Positions 48,427 to 59,128 are shown, counted from the stretch's first letter. The stretch is DNA of 64,000 nt from an uncultured Burkholderiales bacterium (GCA_902825995.1 CADEDE010000004.1:3977-67976); one strand, 5' to 3'. Program-made: numbers and translations. Notes: a model not told the origin generated them from the sequence alone.

Positions 48427-48903
48427 TCATGGGCGGGCCTGCCGGTTGATCTCGTCATGCCGCGCGCGAACCTCGGCAGGCCATTGCGATTTGATCCACG
48501 ACAGCGCGGCGACGATCTCTTCGTCGCCGAGCACGCCGCCGTAGGCCGGCATCGCCGAGGCGTAGTCCTTCAGCTTCGCGGCCTTGGCGACGCCGTCCTT
48601 GGTCAGGCGGAACAGCAACTCGTCGGCGTGGTGCCAGGTGTGGCCGCCGGCATCGTGCGGCGGCGCGGGCAGGCGGTCGTCGGGTCCGCGCACGCGCCAG
48701 TTCGGCTGGCCTTCGAGGCGCGCGCCGTGGCAGGCAGCGCAGTGGGCCCGATAGACCCGCTGGCCCTGCGCCAGCACGCGCGCGTCGTCGGGCCGCAAGG
48801 CGTGGCCCGCGGACGGGCGGCCGAAGGGGTCGGCGACGAGCAGCAAGCCCAGGCCAGCCAGTATCGCGAGGCCGACCGCCAGATGGGCAGGGCGCAGCTT
48901 CAT
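48427..48903 (-). CDS. Membrane-anchored c-type cytochrome
   Basis: 158 aa from ATG 48903 with an N-terminal anchor, haem-binding CAACHG and a distal Met (SAMPAYG). Confidence 0.8.
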   Translation of the reverse strand: MKLRPAHLAVGLAILAGLGLLLVADPFGRPSAGHALRPDDARVLAQGQRVYRAHCAACHGARLEGQPNWRVRGPDDRLPAPPHDAGGHTWHHADELLFRLTKDGVAKAAKLKDYASAMPAYGGVLGDEEIVAALSWIKSQWPAEVRARHDEINRQARP

Positions 48904-48934
48904 CGTGCCGACCTCTCGAGCCACCGAGCGCTGC

Positions 48935-49201
48935 TCATCGCGCCAGCCGGTTGAGCAACCATGCAAAGAACATCCCGGCCAGCATCGCCCAGGCGCTCAG
49001 CACCAGCAGCGCCACGCCGAACCCCGGCCACGCGAACGGCCGCGGCTGGACCAGGGCGCTGAAGTCCATGCCGTGGAACAGGTTGTTCATGAAAGCCAGG
49101 AACGGGCCGGGCGCCAGCGCCCAGACCAGCGCGCACAGGGCATAGAACAGGCCGACGGTGATCGCCAGCGCGATGCCGGTGCGAAGCGGTGTCGTGGTCA
49201 T
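48935..49201 (-). CDS. DUF5676-type small membrane protein
   Basis: 88 aa with three hydrophobic helices (GIALAITVGLFYALCALVWALAPGPF...). Confidence 0.6.
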   Translation of the reverse strand: MTTTPLRTGIALAITVGLFYALCALVWALAPGPFLAFMNNLFHGMDFSALVQPRPFAWPGFGVALLVLSAWAMLAGMFFAWLLNRLAR

Positions 49202-49208
49202 GGCGGCC

Positions 49209-49631
49209 TCACTTCGCCGGCGCCGCGGGCATGCGGTCGATCATCATCTGCATCATCGACTGCATCATCTCCATGCGCTTTTCCATCATCTGCTGGCGCC
49301 CGCCCATATCGGCCGGCTGTGCGCCCATGCCGGGCATGCCCTTCATGCCGCCCATGCCGCCCATGCCGCCCATCATGGCCATGCCGTCCTGCATCAACTT
49401 CATCTGCTCGGCCATCAAGGCGTTGCGCTCTTCGGGCGTGCGCGCACGCATCATCTTGTCGTGCATCTCGCGCATGGCCTTCATCTGCTTGTCCATCATG
49501 GCCATGCCGTCGGCGGGGGCGGGCGCGCTGGCGGCGGGCTTGGCCGCGGGGCGGTCGGCGGGGGTCTGCGCCTGAGTGGACAGGGCCAGGGCCAGGGCGG
49601 TGGCGATCGAAAACTTGTACAGCAAAGTCAT
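49209..49631 (-). CDS. Methionine-rich periplasmic protein (probable Cu(I) binding)
   Basis: 140 aa with a signal peptide, then more than 30 Met including MAMMGGMGGMGGMKGMPGMG and MMEKRMEMMQSMMQMMIDRM. Contains three tandem CATGCCGCC units at 49344-49370. Confidence 0.75.
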   Translation of the reverse strand: MTLLYKFSIATALALALSTQAQTPADRPAAKPAASAPAPADGMAMMDKQMKAMREMHDKMMRARTPEERNALMAEQMKLMQDGMAMMGGMGGMGGMKGMPGMGAQPADMGGRQQMMEKRMEMMQSMMQMMIDRMPAAPAK

Positions 49632-49770
49632 GATGAACTCCAAAGGGTCGAGGAATATTTGAGGGCGACGCGAATTCGCTTCGGCATCGACCGGCGGTCG
49701 TGCGAAGCAGGGAGCGCGAGCCAGCGCGGGCGCGGACAAAGTCCATGCCCTCGGCAGCCCGGCGAGCCGG

Positions 49771-50202
49771 CTATAGCGTCAGGCGCAGGTACTGGATCGC
49801 CGGCGCAAGCTGGCGCGGTGGTGCGGCAGCCAGCCACCACGCAGCTTCTTCATCGGCGCACGGCGCGACGCGCAGCCGCCACGCGCGCGTGGCCACGGGG
49901 CACGGCGCCATGTCCGACAGGTCCGGGGCCTCGGCGTTCTTGGTCTTGGCGACCGTGCTGCGCTCGCTGTCGCAAAAGCTCTTGCAGGCCGCCGGGCAGG
50001 CGCCGGGCTCCTGGCCGATGTCGTGCGCCGCAATCGCACCGGGCGCTGCAAGCGCCGGCGAGGCCGCGACATGCGCGGCCAGGGACGTGGCGGCACGGCT
50101 CGCCGACAAGATACAGGCATTGGCCGTGCTGACAGCCAGGCTGAACAGCCAGATGAAGCTCATCAGCCTGGCGAAACGTTTCAGGTGGCTTGTGCGCGGC
50201 AT
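49771..50202 (-). CDS. Small secreted Cys-containing protein (CzcI/CopL-like), paralogue-like of 43419-43814
   Basis: Signal-like FIWLFSLAVSTANA, four Cys (ANACIL, EPGACPAACKSFC) plus a further Cys pair (MAPCP, VAPCADEE), and a C-terminal PP...YLRLTL motif. The start could be 50211, 50202 or 50163. Confidence 0.5.
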   Translation of the reverse strand: MPRTSHLKRFARLMSFIWLFSLAVSTANACILSASRAATSLAAHVAASPALAAPGAIAAHDIGQEPGACPAACKSFCDSERSTVAKTKNAEAPDLSDMAPCPVATRAWRLRVAPCADEEAAWWLAAAPPRQLAPAIQYLRLTL

Positions 50203-50320
50203 GGGTCTCATCGGAATCGGTGGAGTATGTACCGCGAGCCTTGCATGAAGAAGAGAATAGGAGCGCTTGGATCGCACCGGTTGATCGGCATCAAAGCCGG
50301 CTTTTGGGCTCGAGCCCTTT

Positions 50321-53300
50321 TCAACCCACCCAGCGCCGTGCGTTGTGGAACATGCGCATCCACGGGCTGGACGCGCCGATGTCGCCACCCGTCCAACTCA
50401 TCTGCAGATTGCGAAATACGCGCTCGGGGTGCGGCATCAGCACGGTGAAGCGGCCGTCGGCGGTGGTCACCGCGGTCAGGCCGTCGGGGCTGCCGTTGGG
50501 GTTGGCCGGGTAGGTCTCGGTCGGCCGGCCGGCATTGTCGACGAAACGCATCGCACGCTGTACGGCTCGGGCGTCGCCGCGCTGCGAAAAATCGGCGAAA
50601 CCTTCGCCATGCGCCACCGCGATCGGGATGCGGCTGCCCGCCAGGCCCTTGAAAAACAGCGAGGGCGATTCGAGCACTTCCACGAGCGACAGACGGGCCT
50701 CGAACTGCTCGCTCTTGTTGCGGGTGAACTTTGGCCAAGCCGAAGCGCCGGGGATGATCGGCGACAGCGCCGCCATCATCTGGCAGCCGTTGCAGACGCC
50801 GAGCGCGAAGCTGTCGTTGCGGTTGAAGAAGGCTGCGAATTGTTCGGCCAGGGTCGGGTTGAACAGGATCGAGCGCGCCCAGCCTTCGCCGGCGCCGAGC
50901 GTATCGCCGTAGCTAAAACCGCCGCAGGCGACAACGCCGATGAACTGGTCCAGCCGTGCGCGGCCGGTTTGCAGATCGCTCATGTGCACGTCGAAGGTAT
51001 CGAAGCCGGCACGGTCCATCGCATAGCTCATTTCGAGCTGCGAGTTGACGCCTTGTTCGCGCAGGATGGCGAGTTTGGGGCGCGTGGTGTGAATGGCCGG
51101 CGCGCCCTCCCTTGCAGGGCGCGTGCCGGCTTGCAAGCCGGCACCGCTCAGCGGGCTCGCCGCATGCGGCTCGAAACCCCCGCTTTGCCCCCGGCCCTCT
51201 CCCAGAGGGAGAGGGAGAGAAAATGCGAGATGCAGATGCAGACCCGGGTCGTCGGCACGCCCCGCCTGGGTATGTTCCGCATCGGCGCAGGCCGGGTTGT
51301 CGCGCTGGCGGGCGATGCGCCAGCTCACTTCGTCCCAGGTCTGGTGCAGATCGGCGAGCGGTGCGGCGAAGACCGCCTTTGCGTCGCGCCAGACCTCGAT
51401 CACGCCGCGCGCATTCGGTTTGCCGATCGCGTGCGAGTGCTTCGACAGGCCGCGCCCGCGCAGCACCGCCATCACGGCGTCGCGGTCGGCCGTTCGCACC
51501 TGGATCACGGCGCCGAGCTCTTCATTGAACAGGGCCGCGAGCGTGCGTTCGTTGCGCCGCTCGCTGATCTGGTGGGCCCAGTTTTTCGAGTCGCCGACAT
51601 CGGCGCGACTGTCGGCGATGCCGTCGCCTTCGGTGACCAGCAGATCGACATTCAGGCTCACGCCGCGGTGGCCGGCGAAGGCCATTTCGCAGACCGTCGC
51701 CCACAGGCCGCCGTCGCTGCGGTCGTGGTAGGCCAGCAGCATGCCGTCGCGGCGCAGTTGGTTGATGGCCATGACCAGCGCCTTCAACATTTGCGCATCG
51801 TCGAGGTCGGGTACCCCATCCTTTTCGTTGCAGCCGAACTGGCCTAGCACCTGCGCCAGCATCGAGCCGGCCAGGCGCATCCTGCCGGCGCCGAGGTCGA
51901 TCAGGATCAGCGCGGTATCGCCGTCCTGCAACTGCGGTGTCAGCGTGCCACGCACATCGTCGAGCGTGACGAAGGCCGTCGCGATCAGTGACACCGGTGC
52001 GGTGACCTGCTTGACCGCATCGCCGTCGCTCCAGCGCATGCGCATCGACAGCGAATCCTTGCCCACCGGAACGCCGATGCCCAGCGCCGGGCAGAGTTCC
52101 ATTCCGACCGCGCGCACCGTGTCGTAGAGCGCGGCATCCTCGCCCGGCTCGCCGCAGGCGGCCATCCAGTTGCAGCTCAGCTTCACGTGCGACAGCTCGA
52201 TCGGCGCAGCGAGCAAATTCGTGATCGCCTCGGCCACCGCCATGCGGCCCGAGGCCGGCGCGTCGAGGGCTGCCAGCGGCGCGCGCTCGCCCATGCTCAT
52301 CGCCTCGCCGCGATAGCCGCGGTAGTCGGCCAGGGTCACCGCGCAATCGGCCACCGGCACCTGCCACGGCCCGACCATCGGATCGCGGTGCGAAAGGCCG
52401 CCGACCGTGCGATCGCCGATGGTGATCAGGAAGCGCTTGCTGGCCACCGTGGGGTGGCGCAGCACATCGAAGGCCACCTGGTCGAGCTTGACCCCGGTGA
52501 GCCGCAGCGCCTCGCCGCGGCGCTCGATGCGCCGCACATCGCGGACCATCTTCGGCGGCTTGCCCAGCAGCACGTCCATCGGCATGTCGATGGCGCGCGT
52601 CGATGGGTTCGCCAGTACCAACTGCTTTGCCTGTGTCGCCACACCCACCACCGCGAACGGGCAGCGCTCGCGCGCGCACATCTGCTCGAACAGCGGCAGC
52701 AGGTCGGGATTCAGCGCGATGACATAGCGCTCCTGGCTTTCGTTGCACCAGATTTCCTTCGGCGCCAGGCCGCTTTCTTCGAGCGGCACCTGGCTCAAAT
52801 CGAAGACCGCGCCGCGGCCCGCGCCATCGACGAGTTCGGGAAACGCGTTGCTGATGCCGCCCGCGCCGACATCGTGGATCGCCAGGATCGGATTGTTGGT
52901 GCCCAGCGCCCAGCAATGGTCGATGACCTCCTGCGCGCGGCGCTGGATTTCCGGGTTGCCGCGCTGCACCGAATCGAAATCCAGCGCGGTGGCATTGCTG
53001 CCCGCGGCCATCGAACTCGCCGCACCGCCGCCCATGCCGATGCGCATCCCCGGGCCGCCGAGCTGGATCAGCAATGTGCCGGCCGGGAAGACGATCTTCG
53101 TCGTCTGGCCTTCGACGATCGTGCCCAGGCCGCCGGCAATCATGATCGGCTTGTGATAGCCGCGCTGCACGCCGGCCACGCTCTGCTCGAAGACGCGGAA
53201 ATAGCCGCCCAGGTTCGGGCGCCCGAATTCGTTGTTGAAGGCCGCCCCGCCCAGGGGCCCCTCGGTCATGATCTGCAGCGCCGAGGCGATATGCGCGGGC

Positions 53301-54418
53301 TTGCCGACCTGCGGTTGATCAGGTGTGCGCTCCCAGGGCTCGTCGGTCCCCGGCAAGTGCAGGTTGCTGACCGAAAATCCCGTCAGGCCGGCCTTGGGCT
53401 TGGCGCCACGCCCGGTTGCGCCCTCGTCGCGGATCTCGCCACCGGCGCCAGTGGATGCGCCGGGAAAGGGCGAGATCGCCGTCGGGTGGTTGTGCGTCTC
53501 GACCTTCATCAGCACATGCGCGACTTCCTCGCGCGCGGCATAGATCGGCGCATTGGTGAAGCCCTGCGGCAGCCAGCGTTCGATGGCGCCGCCCTGCATC
53601 ACCGCCGCGTTGTCGTTGTAGGCGATCAGCGTCTGCTGCGGCGACAACTTCTCGGTGTTGCGGATCATGCCGAACATCGATAGCGGCTGCGGCTTGCCGT
53701 CGATGACGAACTCGGCGTTGAAAATCTTGTGCCGGCAATGCTCGCTGTTGGCCTGCGCGAACATCATCAGCTCAACATCGGTCGGGTTGCGGCCGATTTT
53801 CTTGAAGGCCGCGGCGAGGTAATCGATCTCGTCGGCCGACAAGGCCAGGCCCCACTCGCGATTGGCCGCCTCGAGCGCAGCAGCGCCGCGCCCAAGAATA
53901 TCCACCTGCGCCATCGCTGCGCCTTCGCGCTCGTCGAACAGATGCCGCGCCGCCTCGCGCTCGAAAGCCACGCTTTCGGTCATGCGGTCGTGCAGGGCCT
54001 CGGCGGCGGCCTGCAACTCGTCGGTCGACAGCGGCTGGTTGCCGATCAAGCCGGCCTTGACTCGCAGGTGGAATTCGGTGACCCGCTCGATGCGGTGCAG
54101 CGCCAGACCGCAGTTGTGCGCGATATCGGTGGCCTTGCTGGCCCACGGCGACACCGTGCCCAGGCGCGGCATCACGACCACCAACGCGCCCTCGCTCAAA
54201 ACCGGCGCGCCATCGCCATACGCCAACAAGGCCGCCAGCTTGTCGCGCGCGCCGCCGTCCAGCGCCGCATCGCTCCAGGCCCAATGCACGAAGCGCGCGC
54301 TGAGGCCGTCGATCCGCGGGCAGGTCACGCGCAGGTGTGCCAGCAAGGCCTGGGCGCGAAACGTGGACAAGGCGTTGCCGCCCTCGAAGTGCAGCAGATG
54401 CTTGGGCGAAGCGGACAT
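50321..54418 (-). CDS. purL: Phosphoribosylformylglycinamidine synthase (large single-chain form)
   Basis: 1365 aa from ATG 54418 ([23 protein letters not shown]). FGAM synthetase core plus a C-terminal GATase ([14 protein letters not shown]). The interdomain linker carries a repeat-derived insert. Confidence 0.95.
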   Translation of the reverse strand: MSASPKHLLHFEGGNALSTFRAQALLAHLRVTCPRIDGLSARFVHWAWSDAALDGGARDKLAALLAYGDGAPVLSEGALVVVMPRLGTVSPWASKATDIAHNCGLALHRIERVTEFHLRVKAGLIGNQPLSTDELQAAAEALHDRMTESVAFEREAARHLFDEREGAAMAQVDILGRGAAALEAANREWGLALSADEIDYLAAAFKKIGRNPTDVELMMFAQANSEHCRHKIFNAEFVIDGKPQPLSMFGMIRNTEKLSPQQTLIAYNDNAAVMQGGAIERWLPQGFTNAPIYAAREEVAHVLMKVETHNHPTAISPFPGASTGAGGEIRDEGATGRGAKPKAGLTGFSVSNLHLPGTDEPWERTPDQPQVGKPAHIASALQIMTEGPLGGAAFNNEFGRPNLGGYFRVFEQSVAGVQRGYHKPIMIAGGLGTIVEGQTTKIVFPAGTLLIQLGGPGMRIGMGGGAASSMAAGSNATALDFDSVQRGNPEIQRRAQEVIDHCWALGTNNPILAIHDVGAGGISNAFPELVDGAGRGAVFDLSQVPLEESGLAPKEIWCNESQERYVIALNPDLLPLFEQMCARERCPFAVVGVATQAKQLVLANPSTRAIDMPMDVLLGKPPKMVRDVRRIERRGEALRLTGVKLDQVAFDVLRHPTVASKRFLITIGDRTVGGLSHRDPMVGPWQVPVADCAVTLADYRGYRGEAMSMGERAPLAALDAPASGRMAVAEAITNLLAAPIELSHVKLSCNWMAACGEPGEDAALYDTVRAVGMELCPALGIGVPVGKDSLSMRMRWSDGDAVKQVTAPVSLIATAFVTLDDVRGTLTPQLQDGDTALILIDLGAGRMRLAGSMLAQVLGQFGCNEKDGVPDLDDAQMLKALVMAINQLRRDGMLLAYHDRSDGGLWATVCEMAFAGHRGVSLNVDLLVTEGDGIADSRADVGDSKNWAHQISERRNERTLAALFNEELGAVIQVRTADRDAVMAVLRGRGLSKHSHAIGKPNARGVIEVWRDAKAVFAAPLADLHQTWDEVSWRIARQRDNPACADAEHTQAGRADDPGLHLHLAFSLPLPLGEGRGQSGGFEPHAASPLSGAGLQAGTRPAREGAPAIHTTRPKLAILREQGVNSQLEMSYAMDRAGFDTFDVHMSDLQTGRARLDQFIGVVACGGFSYGDTLGAGEGWARSILFNPTLAEQFAAFFNRNDSFALGVCNGCQMMAALSPIIPGASAWPKFTRNKSEQFEARLSLVEVLESPSLFFKGLAGSRIPIAVAHGEGFADFSQRGDARAVQRAMRFVDNAGRPTETYPANPNGSPDGLTAVTTADGRFTVLMPHPERVFRNLQMSWTGGDIGASSPWMRMFHNARRWVG
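51095..51235 (-). repeat. Family-2 multi-hairpin insert translated within the purL linker
   Basis: Hairpins and palindromes: GCGCCCT/AGGGCGC (51102-51122), a perfect 22-nt palindrome GTGCCGGCTTGCAAGCCGGCAC (51123-51144), GCCGCATGCGGC (51159-51170), and CCCTCTCCC-AGA-GGGAGAGGG (51195-51215). Confidence 0.75.
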
Positions 54419-54488
54419 CGGGGCGTGGGGAAGGGTTGAAACCGGCAGAGGCGGCGATTTTACGGGGCCGATGGGATAATTCGCGCCC

Positions 54489-55340
54489 ATGACGATGACC
54501 ATCAAGACAGCCGCCGATATCCAGGGCATGCGCGTGGCCGGCCGCCTGGCTTCGGAAGTGCTGGACCTGCTGACGCCGCTGATCAAGCCGGGCGTGACCA
54601 CGATCGAGATCGACCGCATCGCCCACGAACATATGGTCAAGGTCCAGGGCACCGTGCCGGCCACGCTGAACTACGCGCCGCCCGGCTACCCGCCCTATCC
54701 GGCCTCGCTGTGCGCATCGGTCAACCACGAGGTCTGCCACGGCATCCCGAATGCGAAGCCGCTGAAGAACGGCGATATCGTGAATATCGATATCACCGTG
54801 ATCACGCCCGAGGGCTGGCACGGCGACAACAGCCGCATGTATATCGTCGGTGAAGGCAGCATCGCGGCCAGGCGCCTGTGCAGCCTGACCTACGACGCGA
54901 TGTGGAAGGGCATCGTTCGCGTCAAGCCGGGCGCGCGCCTGGGCGATATCGGCCACGCGATCCAGGTCTTCGCCGAGCAGCAGGGCTTCTCCGTGGTGCG
55001 CGAATTCTGCGGCCACGGCATCGGCAAGCGCTTCCACGAAGAGCCGCAGGTGCTGCATTACGGGCGCCCCGGCACGCTCGAAGAGCTGGTGCCGGGGATG
55101 GTCTTCACGATCGAGCCGATGATCAATGCCGGCAAGCGCGATATCCGCGAAGACCGCAAGGGCGGCAGCTATGACGGCTGGACCATCGTCACGCGCGATC
55201 GCTCGCTCTCGGCGCAGTGGGAGCACACCGTGCTGGTGACCGATAGCGGCTACGAGGTGCTGACGCTCTCGGCCGGCAGCCCGGCCTTGCCGGCGTTCGT
55301 GACGACTGCTGCGCGCACACCCGCCACCGCGACGGCCTGA
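54489..55340 (+). CDS. map: Methionine aminopeptidase type I
   Basis: 283 aa ([36 protein letters not shown]). Confidence 0.95.
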   Translation: MTMTIKTAADIQGMRVAGRLASEVLDLLTPLIKPGVTTIEIDRIAHEHMVKVQGTVPATLNYAPPGYPPYPASLCASVNHEVCHGIPNAKPLKNGDIVNIDITVITPEGWHGDNSRMYIVGEGSIAARRLCSLTYDAMWKGIVRVKPGARLGDIGHAIQVFAEQQGFSVVREFCGHGIGKRFHEEPQVLHYGRPGTLEELVPGMVFTIEPMINAGKRDIREDRKGGSYDGWTIVTRDRSLSAQWEHTVLVTDSGYEVLTLSAGSPALPAFVTTAARTPATATA

Positions 55341-55344
55341 GCCG

Positions 55345-57954
55345 ATGTCCGCCCTTGGCCAGCCAGCAAGTGGGGTGGCCAGCCTGCGGCTGCGCCTGGC
55401 CGTTGACAAGTCGGGGCTGATCGAATGTTTCGCCGCGGCGCGGCCCAGCACCACGGCGGCCACGACGCTGACCCGCGGCCTGGCCAGATTGGTCGATGCC
55501 ACGCTCGGCGAGTTGTGGGTTGCAACGATGATGCCGGCCGGCGCGGCCCTGGTGGCCTGCGGCGGCTATGGCCGCGGCGAGCTGTTTCCCTATTCCGATG
55601 TCGATGTGCTGGTGCTGCTGCCCGACGGTCTGCCGGCCGAAGAGGCGCGCCCGGCCGTCGAGCGTTTCATCACCGCCTGCTGGGACATCGGCCTGGAAAT
55701 CGGCTCCTCCGTGCGCAGCATCGACGAATGTGCGAGCGAATCCGCGCGCGACGTGACGGTGCAGACCGCGCTGCTCGAGAGCCGCCTGGTGCACGGCCCG
55801 AAGAAATTGTTCAACGCCCTGCACGAGCGCCTGCTCGCCGAGCGCGACCCGCACGCCTTCCTGCGCGCCAAGACGCTCGAGATGGGCCAGCGCCACACCA
55901 AATACGAAGACACGCCGTACTCGCTCGAACCGAATTGCAAGGAAAGCCCGGGCGGCCTGCGCGATCTGCAATTGCTGATCTGGGTCGCGCGCAGCGCCGG
56001 CCTGGGCCGCACCTGGAACGAGCTGGCGGCCAACGGCCTGGTCACGCCCTTCGAGGCCCGACAATTGCAGCACAACGAAGGCGTGCTGAAGCTGATCCGC
56101 GCGCGCCTGCACATGATTGCCGGGCGGCGCGAAGACCGCCTGGTATTCGACTTGCAGACCGCCGTGGCCGAGAGCCTGGGCCTGCCGGTCCACAAGGGCC
56201 AACGCGTGTCGGAGCTGCTGATGCGGCGCTACTACCGGGCCGCCAAGGCGGTGGTCCAACTCAACCAGATCGTGCTGTTGAACATCGAGGCCCGCATCGG
56301 GGGCCGTGAAGCCGAGGCCATGCGGCCGATCAACGAGCGCTTCTTCGACCGTGCCGGCATGCTCGAAGTGGCCAGCGACGATCTGTACCAGCGCCAGCCG
56401 CACGCGATTCTGGAAACCTTTCTGCTCTACCAGCAAACCGCCGGCATCGAGGGCCTGTCGGCGCGCACGCTGCGCGCGCTGTACAACGCGCGCCTGGTGA
56501 TGACCGCGGCCTTTCGCAGCGACCCGGTGAACCGCGCGCGCTTCGTCGAAATCCTGCGGCAGCCCGAGGGCCAGACCCACGCCTTCAGGCTGATGAACCA
56601 GACCTCGGTGCTGGGGCGCTACCTGTGGGTCTTCCGCCGCATCGTCGGTCAGATGCAGCACGACCTGTTCCACGTCTATACCGTCGATCAGCACATCCTG
56701 ATGGTGCTGCGCAATGTGCGCCGTTTCCTGATTCCCGAGCACGCCCATGAGTACGCCTTCTGCTCGCAACTGGCGGCCCAGTTCGAGCGACCGTATGTGC
56801 TGTACGTCGCGGCCCTGTTCCACGACGTGGCCAAGGGCCGCGGCGGCAACCATTCGCAGCTCGGCGGGGCCGAGGTGCGGCGCTTCTGCCGCGACCATGC
56901 GCTGCCGCGCGAGGATGCGGCGCTGATCGAATTCCTGGTTCGCCACCACCTGACGATGAGCCACATCGCGCAGAAGGAAGACCTCGCCGACGCCGATGTC
57001 ATCGCAGCTTTTGCCAAGCAGGTGCGCGACGAGCGCACGCTCACCGCGCTGTACCTGCTGACCGTGGCCGATATCCGCGGCACCAGCCCCAAGGTCTGGA
57101 ATGCCTGGAAGGGCAAGCTGCTCGAAGATTTGTTTCGCCTCACGCTGCGCTCGCTCGGCGGCACCCGCCCCAACCTCGACGCCGAACTCGAAGCACGCAA
57201 GGCCGAAGCGCGATCCCTGCTGGCGCTGGCCTCGCAACTGCCGGGCACCGAAGCGCCGCTGTGGAAAACGCTCGAAGTCAGCTATTTCGCGCGCCACGAC
57301 GCCACCGATCTGGCCTGGCATGCGCGCGTGCTCTGGCGCCATGTGAAGACCGCTGCGCCTGTCGTCAGCGCGCGCGCCTCGTCGGTCGGCGAAGGCTTGC
57401 AGGTGCTGGTCTATGCACCCGATATCCCCGACCTGTTCGCGCGCATCTGCGGCTATTTCGACAATGCCGGCTTCTCGGTGCTCGACGCCAAGGTCCACAC
57501 CACGCGCGCACATTTCGCGCCCGATACCTTCCAGCTGGTGCACCCGAATGTCGAGGCCGGCGACCCGGCCGGCTACCGCGACCTGATCTCGCTGGTCGAG
57601 ACGCAATTGGCGCAAGCCCTGGCCGCCACCGGCGCGCTGCCCGAGCCGCGCCGCGGGCGCGTCTCGCGGCGCGTGAAAAGTTTCCCGGTCACGCCGCGCG
57701 TGTCGCTGCGCCCCGACGAGCGCGCGCAGCGCTGGCTGCTCAGTGTCAGCGCGAGCGACCGCGCCGGCCTGCTCTATGGCATTGCGCGCGTGCTGGCGCG
57801 GCACCATATCAACCTGCAACTGGCGAAGATCAGCACCCTGGGCGAGCGCGTCGAAGATACCTTCCTGATCGACGGGCCCGAGCTGCAACACAACCGCGCG
57901 CAGATCGCCATCGAGAGCGAGCTGCTCGATACGCTGGCGGCGCAAGCGGCATGA
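55345..57954 (+). CDS. glnD: [Protein-PII] uridylyltransferase / uridylyl-removing enzyme
   Basis: 869 aa with a nucleotidyltransferase domain (GGYGRGELFPYSDVDVLVL), an HD domain (LFHDVAKGRGG) and two C-terminal ACT domains. map-glnD is conserved synteny. Confidence 0.95.
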   Translation: MSALGQPASGVASLRLRLAVDKSGLIECFAAARPSTTAATTLTRGLARLVDATLGELWVATMMPAGAALVACGGYGRGELFPYSDVDVLVLLPDGLPAEEARPAVERFITACWDIGLEIGSSVRSIDECASESARDVTVQTALLESRLVHGPKKLFNALHERLLAERDPHAFLRAKTLEMGQRHTKYEDTPYSLEPNCKESPGGLRDLQLLIWVARSAGLGRTWNELAANGLVTPFEARQLQHNEGVLKLIRARLHMIAGRREDRLVFDLQTAVAESLGLPVHKGQRVSELLMRRYYRAAKAVVQLNQIVLLNIEARIGGREAEAMRPINERFFDRAGMLEVASDDLYQRQPHAILETFLLYQQTAGIEGLSARTLRALYNARLVMTAAFRSDPVNRARFVEILRQPEGQTHAFRLMNQTSVLGRYLWVFRRIVGQMQHDLFHVYTVDQHILMVLRNVRRFLIPEHAHEYAFCSQLAAQFERPYVLYVAALFHDVAKGRGGNHSQLGGAEVRRFCRDHALPREDAALIEFLVRHHLTMSHIAQKEDLADADVIAAFAKQVRDERTLTALYLLTVADIRGTSPKVWNAWKGKLLEDLFRLTLRSLGGTRPNLDAELEARKAEARSLLALASQLPGTEAPLWKTLEVSYFARHDATDLAWHARVLWRHVKTAAPVVSARASSVGEGLQVLVYAPDIPDLFARICGYFDNAGFSVLDAKVHTTRAHFAPDTFQLVHPNVEAGDPAGYRDLISLVETQLAQALAATGALPEPRRGRVSRRVKSFPVTPRVSLRPDERAQRWLLSVSASDRAGLLYGIARVLARHHINLQLAKISTLGERVEDTFLIDGPELQHNRAQIAIESELLDTLAAQAA

Positions 57955-59039
57955 GCCTTGTCACGTTGAGCGCCGCCGAGGCGATGCAGCGCCTGGCCGC
58001 CTTCCACACGATCATCGACGCCCGCTCGCCCGCCGAATTCGCCGAAGACCATTTGCCCGGCGCCGTCAACTGGCCGGTGCTCGACGACGACGAGCGCCGC
58101 GAAGTCGGCACCGAGCACAAACAGGTCTCGCCCTTCGATGCCAAGAAGGTCGGCGCCGCGATGGTGGCCGCTCGCATCGGCGAACTGCTGCAGGCCCATG
58201 TGCAGGACAAGCCGCGCGACTGGTTGCCGCTGGTCTATTGCTGGCGCGGCGGCAAGCGCAGCGGCACGCTGGCCTGGTTTCTCGATCAGATCGGCTTTCG
58301 CACGACGCTCCTGCAAGGCGGCTACAAGGCGTTCAGGGAGCAGGTGCGCGAGCAGCTGACAACGCTGCCGTCGAAGTTCGATTACCGCGTGATCGCCGGG
58401 CGCACCGGCAGCGGCAAGACGCGCCTGTTGCAAGCCCTGGCCGCGGCCGGCGCGCAGGTGCTTGACCTCGAAGGCCTGGCCAGACACCGCGGTTCGGTGC
58501 TCGGCGGCCTGCCCGACCAGCCGCAACCGACGCAGAAAGCCTTCGAGACCCAGCTCTGGCACGGCCTCGCGGCCTTCGACGCGGCACGGCCGGTCTATGT
58601 CGAAAGCGAAAGCCGCAGGATCGGCCAATTGCAGCTCCCCACCGCCCTGCTCGATCGAATGCGCAGCACTGGCCGGGTGGTCATGCTGACCATGCCGGAC
58701 ACCGCACGCGTGCAATTGCTGCTCGAGGAGTACGGCTTCTTCGCCGGGCAAGTCGAACGCTTTTGCGGCCACTTGCAAACCTTGGTCGAGCTGCGCGGGC
58801 TCGATGCCGTCGAGCACTGGCAATCCCTGGCCCGCGAGGGCCGATGGGCCGAGGTCTTTGCGGAGCTGATGCACCGGCACTACGACCCGATGTATCTGAA
58901 ATCGATGCAGCGCAACTATGCCGGCGTGGCGAATGCGCAGACGATTGTGCTGCGCGACGGCGGCGAGCAGGCGCTGCGCGAAGCGGTACAGGCGCTGTAC
59001 CCGGCCCCTGCGCACGCGCCCTTTCCAGCGGCCGGCTGA
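57951..59039 (+). CDS. mnmH: tRNA 2-selenouridine synthase
   Basis: 362 aa with a rhodanese domain (IIDARSPAEFAEDHLPGAVNWP, YCWRGGKRS) and a P-loop (GRTGSGKT). The ATG overlaps the glnD TGA. Confidence 0.88.
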   Translation: MSLVTLSAAEAMQRLAAFHTIIDARSPAEFAEDHLPGAVNWPVLDDDERREVGTEHKQVSPFDAKKVGAAMVAARIGELLQAHVQDKPRDWLPLVYCWRGGKRSGTLAWFLDQIGFRTTLLQGGYKAFREQVREQLTTLPSKFDYRVIAGRTGSGKTRLLQALAAAGAQVLDLEGLARHRGSVLGGLPDQPQPTQKAFETQLWHGLAAFDAARPVYVESESRRIGQLQLPTALLDRMRSTGRVVMLTMPDTARVQLLLEEYGFFAGQVERFCGHLQTLVELRGLDAVEHWQSLAREGRWAEVFAELMHRHYDPMYLKSMQRNYAGVANAQTIVLRDGGEQALREAVQALYPAPAHAPFPAAG

Positions 59040-59128
59040 CGGCCCCGCCTGGCCAGACCCCACCCGTTCCGGGTCTCGCGCCGCCGTGGGCGGGTCCACA
59101 CAATTGCCCGCTCGGAGGGGCGAGGACA

